Of a stretch of DNA of 64,000 nt, positions 54,391 to 64,000 are shown piece after piece (position 1 is the first letter of the stretch; each line of letters opens with the position of its first letter). The notes beneath the pieces were generated by a model. That model made no database searches. It was not told where the DNA came from and worked only from the letters and a program-made list of their open reading frames with translations. The position numbers were made by a program, and so were the translations under genes. Origin of the DNA: the human T2T-CHM13v2.0 reference genome, Homo sapiens; NCBI RefSeq assembly GCF_009914755.1, contig NC_060929.1; one strand, written 5' to 3'.

Positions 54391-55731
54391 CCTTTCAACA
54401 CATCTCCCGCTGGTAGGAATATAAATTGATACGAGCACATTATAAAATAGTTTGGAATTACCTGGTAAAGTTTAAAATGTAAGCCAGGCAAGGTGGCATG
54501 CACCAAGGAGCTGAGGTGGGAGGACCACTTGAACCCAGGAGTTGAGTCCAGCTTGGGCAATGTAGCAAGACCCCATCTCTTAAAAAAAAAAAAAGCTGAA
54601 GATGCATATAGCTTACAATGTAAATTTCCACTCTTGGGTATACAATCTAGAGACACTCTCACACCAAATTCATAGTGGCAGTTCTTGAGTGGAGGGATGA
54701 GGATGTTATCAGGATGGAGAGATATTGGGGCTTCAAAGGTACTAGAAAAGACTAAAAACTTCAAACAGGAACAAAAAAAAGAGAAGAGCATTCCTATAAA
54801 ATGAGAAACTTGTCTGAGGAAGCTAAGTACTGAGGGACTGAGCATGAGCTCACTGAAGTTTGATTGGATCAAGGACAGTTGCGTATCTGTAAATGGGGAG
54901 TCTAGAATGGGTTCTGGGGTTTGAAAATGTGGGAAGGAATCTGAGACGGTGATATAGGTAAGTGGAATAGCACCAGCAAAAGCTTTCTAGAGTGGCCAGA
55001 GTAGGATTCATGCAAGTAGTCAGAAAGAATTTTTACTATATAGAATGAGGCCAGATAATGGATTGCCTTGAAAGCCAATTAAAATGATGCACATTTGCTA
55101 CATCAGAGAGAATAACCATGAACCGTTTCAAGCAGAGGAGGAGCATACTAGAAGAGGTCTTTCTGGAAGGTGAATCCAGCGTAGTTCCTGTCCCTGGGAG
55201 TAGCATTTTCAGTTTGATCAACACATGCTTTAGTCCTGATTGAAAAACAAAATACTTCTAATAAATGGCATTGGCGAATAGGACCAGTAGCTAGCTTGGA
55301 AAGATCTCCAAACTTAATTACTGGACTTCTATTTGATTGCCCAGTTTGGTGCTGGTCTCTGATGACTACAATGTATTCTCAGATGCAGCTGTTGTTTATG
55401 ACTGCATTGTTGTCTTTGCATGATAAAACGGTTAATGTTATCCTTAAATGACTGCATGGAGAGCCACTCTCTTCTTCTGATTACAATAGCATCTATGTCT
55501 GATCTTAGACAAGCCATTCTTATATTCATGAATCTACTGATTGCCATGAGAGACTCCACCCTGCCATTCCGTTATGTGTCACTATGCCAGTGACATGTTA
55601 TATTTATCCCAAAGTTGAAAGTCATGCCGGTAATAGACAAGTTCTCATATCCTGAGAAGATTCAATATTAGATTTGTTTTGAGTGCCTCTACCTCTTTGT
55701 GGAACATTAGATTAAAATGCAATGCAAATGT

Positions 55732-56190
55732 ACCTGAATGGAACTGGAGATCATTATGTTAAGTGAAGTAAGCCAGGCACAGAAAGACAAAATTGTCCTC
55801 ACTTACATGTGGAAGTAAGAAGTTGATCTCATGGAGGTAGAGAGTAGAATGATGGTTACTAGAGACTGGAAACGGTGGGGCAGGTGGTAGGAGCTGAAGA
55901 CAAGTTAGTTAATGGTTACAAAAATATAGTTAGATAAGAGGAGTTAAGTTCTAGTGTTTGATAGCACAGTAGAATGACTATAGTTAACAACAGTATATTG
56001 TATATTCCAAAATAGCTAGAAGAGAATATTTGAAATGTTCCCAACACAAAGAAATGATAAATGTTTGAGGTGATGAATATACTAACTACCTTGATTAGAT
56101 CATTACACATTGTATGTATGTATCAAAAAACCACACATACCCCACAAATCTGTACAATTATTATGTTTCAATTTAAAAACTTTAAAAAAA
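55732..56190 (+). mobile_element. L1MA-like 3' end
   Basis: ttatgttaagtgaagtaagccaggcacagaaagacaa...ccaacacaaagaaatgataaatgtttgaggtgatg. Confidence 0.88.
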
Positions 56191-56489
56191 ATACAACAAA
56201 AACTAGTTTAAGGTTTCGGGCTACTTCCTTGATGAGAGCTGGTTTCCCTTGGTTTATACGGCCTCAGGTGGTAGTTCTAATGGATTGCTCTGGCTCCTTT
56301 TATAAAACAGGGTCACACAGTCACACAACAATCCTTACTTGTAGTTTAATCCCACCACAGAGCTTGTTCTTAGACCAGAAGAGTCACAGATCCAGGGCCA
56401 TTAGCTCCATGGTGTTCAGCAAAATCATTGCTGCTTCTAGTCCTTCCAGGCAGGAAAGGACTCTGACTTTGCTTTTGTGGCCAAGTCTT

Positions 56490-56700
56490 TCTTCCTTTCC
56501 TTTCCTTTCCTGCCTTTCTTTCTTCCTTTCCTTTCCTTTCCTCTCCTCTCCTCTCCTCTCCTCTCCTCTCCTCTCCTCTCCTCTCCTCTCCTCTCCTCTC
56601 CCCTCCCCTCCCCTCCCCTCCCCTCCCCTCCCCTCCCCTCCCCTCCCCTCCCCTCCCCTCCTCTCCTTTCCTTTCCTTTCCTTCCTTCCTTCTTTCTTTT
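56490..56700 (+). repeat. Polypyrimidine compound repeat (CTTTC/CTCTC/CCCTC)n
   Basis: About 210 bp of almost pure C/T. Confidence 0.95.
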
Positions 56701-56987
56701 TTTTGAGATAGAGTCTTGCTTTGTCACCCAGGCTGGAGTGCAGTGTCACAATCTCAGCTCACTGCAGCCTCTGCCTTCTTGGGTTCAAGCTATTCTCATG
56801 CCTCAGCCTCCTGAGTAGCTGGGATTACAGGTGCACACCACCACACCCAGCTAATTTTTGTATTTTTAGCAGAGACGGAGTTTTGCCCTGTTGGCCAGGC
56901 TGGTCTTGAACTCCTGGCCTCAAGTGATCCACTGGCCTCAGCTTCCCAAAATGCTAAAATTACAGGCATGAGCTACCATGCCCGGCC
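56695..56987 (-). mobile_element. AluS-like
   Basis: Reverse dimer ending catgcccggcc. Confidence 0.93.
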
Positions 56988-57004
56988 TTTTTTTTTTTTT
57001 TTAA

Positions 57005-57039
57005 ATGGGCCGGGGACTGAACCCAGGCCTCCCATGTGG
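57005..57039 (-). pseudogene. tRNA-Gly(GCC) 3'-half retrocopy with poly(A) tail
   Basis: Minus strand CCACATGGGAGGCCTGGGTTCAGTCCCCGGCCCAT matches 29/35 of recalled tRNA-Gly-GCC CCACGCGGGAGGCCCGGGTTCGATTCCCGGCCCAT and is followed by an A run. Confidence 0.75.
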
Positions 57040-57311
57040 TGTGTTGCGTTGATGTGGCCAAGTCTTGTTAGTACCTAATCTTACCCCTGTAATTCCTCCT
57101 TTCCTTTAGGGTTCCAGACTTGCCCACTCCACTCCCAAATTTCAGGAAATGAAGTTCCACCCATGTATCCAGCACCTTGGCCTGGGACTATGTTCTGTGC
57201 CACTACATTCGTGGCACCCTTACCACTGGAGGAAACGCAAGGTTGCTCCTTCCTACACTGCTGAGGAAGGGGAACTCAGAGGTAAACTGGCCAATGCAGT
57301 TGGCCTATATA

Positions 57312-57312
<1 letters not shown>

Positions 57313-57345
<33 letters not shown>
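57313..57345 (+). repeat. (TG)n microsatellite
   Basis: Read directly from the sequence. Confidence 0.95.
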
Positions 57346-57348
<3 letters not shown>

Positions 57349-57452
57349 CTGAAAGTCAGGTTATTGTTGGCTTTTATTATCTCACTTCAAAGAATCCTTG
57401 CTGCTTCACATTTCACTCTCATCCTGGTACTGATGCTGTCACAGGTGTTTGA

Positions 57453-57779
<327 letters not shown>

Positions 57780-57839
57780 TGCAAGTTATTTACTTACCTG
57801 TCTTCCACATTAGATTAGCCTGCCTAGGGTAGGATGGTC

Positions 57840-57860
57840 TTCTCTCTCCCTCTCTCTGTC

Positions 57861-57931
<71 letters not shown>
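57840..57931 (+). repeat. (TC)n microsatellite
   Basis: Read directly from the sequence. Confidence 0.95.
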
Positions 57932-57935
<4 letters not shown>

Positions 57936-58564
57936 CATGGGCTGAGCATTATGCCTGGAGCACAGCAGCTTCTTAGTAAATGACAACTGCTATGTCACCG
58001 GGAAGGCACTGACTTCCAGGATATTCACCCTTCTCCCTTGCTTGGAAAATCCTTTGCTGCTGGTAGCCACTTATCATTTGATTCATACTCAAACACAAAG
58101 GGAAAATAAATTCTGATGTGATCAGTATGACTGTTTTTGATGCAGAGCCAAATTTAGCAAATAGTCTAATAAAGATCTTCACTTTTTTATATAAAGGCTT
58201 AGAACTTCCAGAAGTCAAACAAAAAGCCTGTTTAAGGCTAAGGCTTCTCCCATCACTCATCACTATTCAACAACACCGTTTAAGCACTGAATATGCACTA
58301 GGTGCTGGGAACACAAAAGTTGGTGAGGAAAGGGTCCCTGGTTTCCTGAATGAGACGAATCATTCAGAGGAAAAGACTAACACAGTAACATAGATGACAA
58401 TTCAACGTGATGTGGTGAGTGCTGTAATGAAAGGAATAAATGCAGGGTTGTGGTGGCTCAGACAGGTGAGGTGCCAGCTCTGCACAAGGCAACCTATAGA
58501 CCTCACGTGGACGTCACTAACAAAAGAAATTAGCAGATGAGGGAAACTCCGGGAAACAGGATTC

Positions 58565-58975
58565 TCTACTTGCAGTTTGGGTGCCCTGGGAGGCAGACTC
58601 CGAAACACAGCTTAGTGTTTGGGATATTTATTAGGAAAGAAGAGAAGGAAGAATCAGGCAGAGGGAGAAGCCAAGCTGTGATGCCAGCCTGGCAGCCTCA
58701 GCCAATTCTAAGGGGAGCTCTGGAGCTGAAATGGCTCCTCAGGGTTATCCCACAGTGAGCCAAAGTAGCCAGACATTTGTACTCTCACTCCAGTCATTGG
58801 ATAAGGACTACCTCCAGAGGGATGTAACCTTGGTAGGGGGGATTTCTGCAGCTGAGCCAATTTCTACAAGAACTGACAGTTGAAGGCTGTCTGTCAATTG
58901 CATTCCCAGCAGCTGAGACAGCAAATCTTTCCTCACAGGGGGATCTGGGCAGATCATCTCCATGTTCAGCATAGA
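58565..58975 (-). mobile_element. LTR16-like LTR, probable 3' LTR of the adjacent ERV-L-class remnant
   Basis: gggaggcagactc...tttattagg...ggggagctctggagct resembles the reverse of the 54090-54390 element. Confidence 0.55.
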
Positions 58976-60740
<1,765 letters not shown>

Positions 60741-61212
60741 AAATACATCTGCTACTTAATGAGAAATACTGTCAAGAAACCCAAAACCAATTATTTCACC
60801 TTAGTCTCTGGGCACTCGTTATTCTGAGTTTCCCAATCTAACCTTTGGATGAGTTTTCCCCACAAAGACTACCACTAATTTGGTAGCAGAATTGAGTGTT
60901 AAGATTATTTTCATTTATTTTTAGAAAAAGACACCATTTAAGCTTGTTTTCTATAAAAAGTCGGTAATTTCTTACTTTAATCTTGTCTTCAAATATTCTA
61001 AGACCTCTATCCCTATTATTGCTTGTCTTTGCAGAATCTCAGGCTGTATTATAAAACTTGATTTTTAGAATGCCTAACTTGGCAGGCCAGAGAAAAATTT
61101 ACACCTTGAGGGATCAGTATCCATTACAGGAAAGTGAATGGGAGGCAAAGCCTTCTTATTGTGAGCTATTATTTTCCACATGAATTTTTGGACCATTCAA
61201 AAAATATTATAG

Positions 61213-61402
<190 letters not shown>

Positions 61403-62389
61403 TCATTTCACAGTAATGATGCTTGTATTCTCTATAACATTAAGAAATATTAAAATGTTGCTATACATTTTATTGCTGAAAGCTAATATCCCAAACTCAT
61501 TTTGTGCATGAGTAAAGAATGAAATTATTTCTGACAACTACAATAAAAATATGTTGTTGTTAAATAAAGGGTTGTTATTAGAAAGAAGTTATCCAACCAA
61601 TTAGGCCTGTGCTAACTGCATTAACAGGACTATGCTCCCTGTTAATGTTAGGATCCTACAAACCCTGTGAGCTCATAGGGTTTCCAAAAGCATAAGCCGC
61701 CTTGGCATTTGGGTTTATAAGAATATTTCTTCTTAGTGATCTTGTTCTGATGTGAAACATGAAAGATTTGGCAAGAAGTCCTGGTCATTAGCTCATCCCC
61801 ATTTTTGCTACCCTCACCAATTAATTATAGAATTATTAAGGTAAAAGTCTGAAAAAAGCTGTGTTATATGTCATGAACAAAGATATAAAGAACTTTTTGT
61901 AGTTTGTTCCTTGTCTTCAAGGCTGGAGATAATGTAGAAGTATTTTTTGGTTCCTTTGAAATAAGTGTTTAATTTTTTTTTCTCCCACAATGCTTGCCTT
62001 CAGACAATGAACCACATGGCCTTTTATTCTCTTTTTCCATCTCTTTGGCTCTATATCTTGTTCATACCCACTAGGGGGTAAAGCTAAAGGAAACAGAAGA
62101 AGAGATTCAGTTCAGATGAGGAGGTACCTGATACAAGAGAGAAGAGATCTTTTGCTTTCCTCAAAAACCAATGTGTAGCAAATACTCCACCTGTGTTAAA
62201 TTCTGTCATTACGTACTGTTAATAGAAGTAAGAAGTCAGCAGGAATTTGAGTCTCAAGAAGAATCATGAATGCAGTTGATTGAAACCTTCTTCATTTGAC
62301 ACCATGGATGTAACTAGGATATCAACTTGTCAAATAAAAAGAAAGAATTAGGCATTTATTCTCTCTTTAACCAACTAAGCTTAGTTGAT

Positions 62390-63640
62390 AAGGAAAGTTT
62401 CTCTTCACAGAAGCATTTCGGCTAATAAATGCAGAAGGAATAATAAGATTAGAAAATAATGATTTGAGACCTCTGAAATAAGTGATTCAAGCAAAGATAA
62501 TGAATGATTGATACCCTTAGTTGAAAGGCTGGTGGGAAACATTACAATAGAGGGATCAAGCTGTCACCACACTAACCCTCTGATCAATGTTAGCATCACT
62601 AAGAGTGGAACAACCAGACACTCTGGGCCTCTTCATATGAGGTAACAGGAAGCTCACAAGCACCTCCTATGAAGCGTTCTTGCAACAACAATAAAAAAAG
62701 GGTTTAACTTGAACCTAATCAAGTCTCTAGGGCTAACTTCCATTCATAGAAAATATGAGAAATAAAGAGACAAGTGATACCATGAAGAAGCAAACAGATA
62801 ATTTCAAAATCTGGGACGTTCTTCAGGGCAACTTACCTGGTTTCTACAACTAGTCAACAGCAGGGTATGAGACGAAAAAGGGAGAGAGCTGTGCCAGAGT
62901 GCCACAGTGACATGGCAGCCAAATGTCACGTTTGGTTTCCTATTTGAATGCCCCAACTATGAAAGTACTGTTTTTCTAAAAACAATCTGAGGAATTTTAT
63001 TAAGGAATGGATTTTATTTCATTTTACTTTTTAGAGAAAGGGTCTCACTCTGCCACCCAGGCTGGAGCACAGTGATGTGATCATAGTTCACTATAATCTC
63101 CAACACCTGGGCTCAAGGAATCCTCCTGCCTCAGTCTCTTACTAGCTAGGATTATAGGTATGCCAATGCCTGGCAAATTAAAAAGAATTTTTTTTTCTTT
63201 TTGTAGAGATGGGGTCTTGTCATGTTGCCCAGGCTGGTCTTGAACTCCTGGCCTCAAGCAATCCTCCTGCCTCAGCCTCCCAAAGTGCTGGGATTACAAG
63301 CATGAGCCACTGTATCCAGCCAGGAGTGGATTTTAGATGATACAAAGACATTGTTAAATTTTGGGGTGGGGGATAATGGCATTATGACGATGGGTTAAAA
63401 GTTCTTATTTTTAGAGACTCATATGTAGGTCAAGTATACAAGATGAGATTACCTGATGTCTGGGATTTTTTTTTAAAGTTTGGCAAATGCAAAAAAAAGG
63501 GACAAATGAAATGTGTTTGGTAAAATCTTCATAATTATATAATTATAATTGCATGTAATTACCATCAGGATGGTAGGTACATAGAGGTTTATTGTAATAT
63601 TCTTGGTATGCCTGCATGTGTTTGGAATTGTTTACAATAA
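62390..63640 (+). mobile_element. Old L1MC/ME fragments interrupted by an Alu
   Basis: gatcaatgttagcatcac, aacttgaacctaatcaag and tggtaaaatcttcataatt motifs. Confidence 0.5.
63016..63321 (-). mobile_element. AluJ-like
   Basis: TSD agga(a/g)tggatttta. Confidence 0.92.
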
Positions 63641-63825
63641 AGAATCAGGCATAGGAGGGAGAAGAGAAGGCAAAAAAGCAAGATCATATACTAATATGAT
63701 AGGACATTAAGCAATCTGCAACCCAAGAACCAAAGCTTAAACAACTATAACTTTTTACAGGAGCCTACAGATTTCAAATATCCTATTATGAAGAAAAAGC
63801 ATTCAATAGGAAAATGATACAATGA

Positions 63826-64000
<175 letters not shown>

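Noticed and set aside
56061-56818. ORFs with SSPLL, PSPPL and EERRG repeats
   Set aside because: Translations of a polypyrimidine microsatellite plus Alu sequence.
57005-57039. Functional tRNA gene
   Set aside because: No 5' half or A box, decayed B box, and a poly(A) tail.

Overview
Primate (most likely human) intronic or intergenic DNA dominated by transposable elements. I found no credible host protein-coding exon, rRNA gene, intact tRNA gene or CRISPR array. Main contents: about 50 Alu elements or fragments by my count; a full-length but dead L1PA (18696-24876, minus strand, exact 15-bp TSD) nested in an older L1M; a full-length Tigger1 with both termini and TA TSDs, interrupted by four Alu insertions; solo LTRs (MER41A, MLT2A, THE1, MST, MLT1, MLT2, LTR16-like); an ERV-L-class pol/dUTPase remnant; MER1B, MER5 and MER63 DNA elements; and several microsatellites. 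The most unusual observations are a retroposed 3' half of tRNA-Gly(GCC) that shares one TSD pair with an Alu, an open and extended ORF0 in the L1 5'UTR, a natural FADD-to-FAYD RT mutation, an inverted TSD copy at an Alu junction, a tail-only insertion, and a compact AP-1/NF-kB motif cluster. Subfamily names come from recalled consensus sequences rather than a RepeatMasker run, and boundaries not anchored by a TSD are approximate. I cannot claim a new biological system from this sequence alone.
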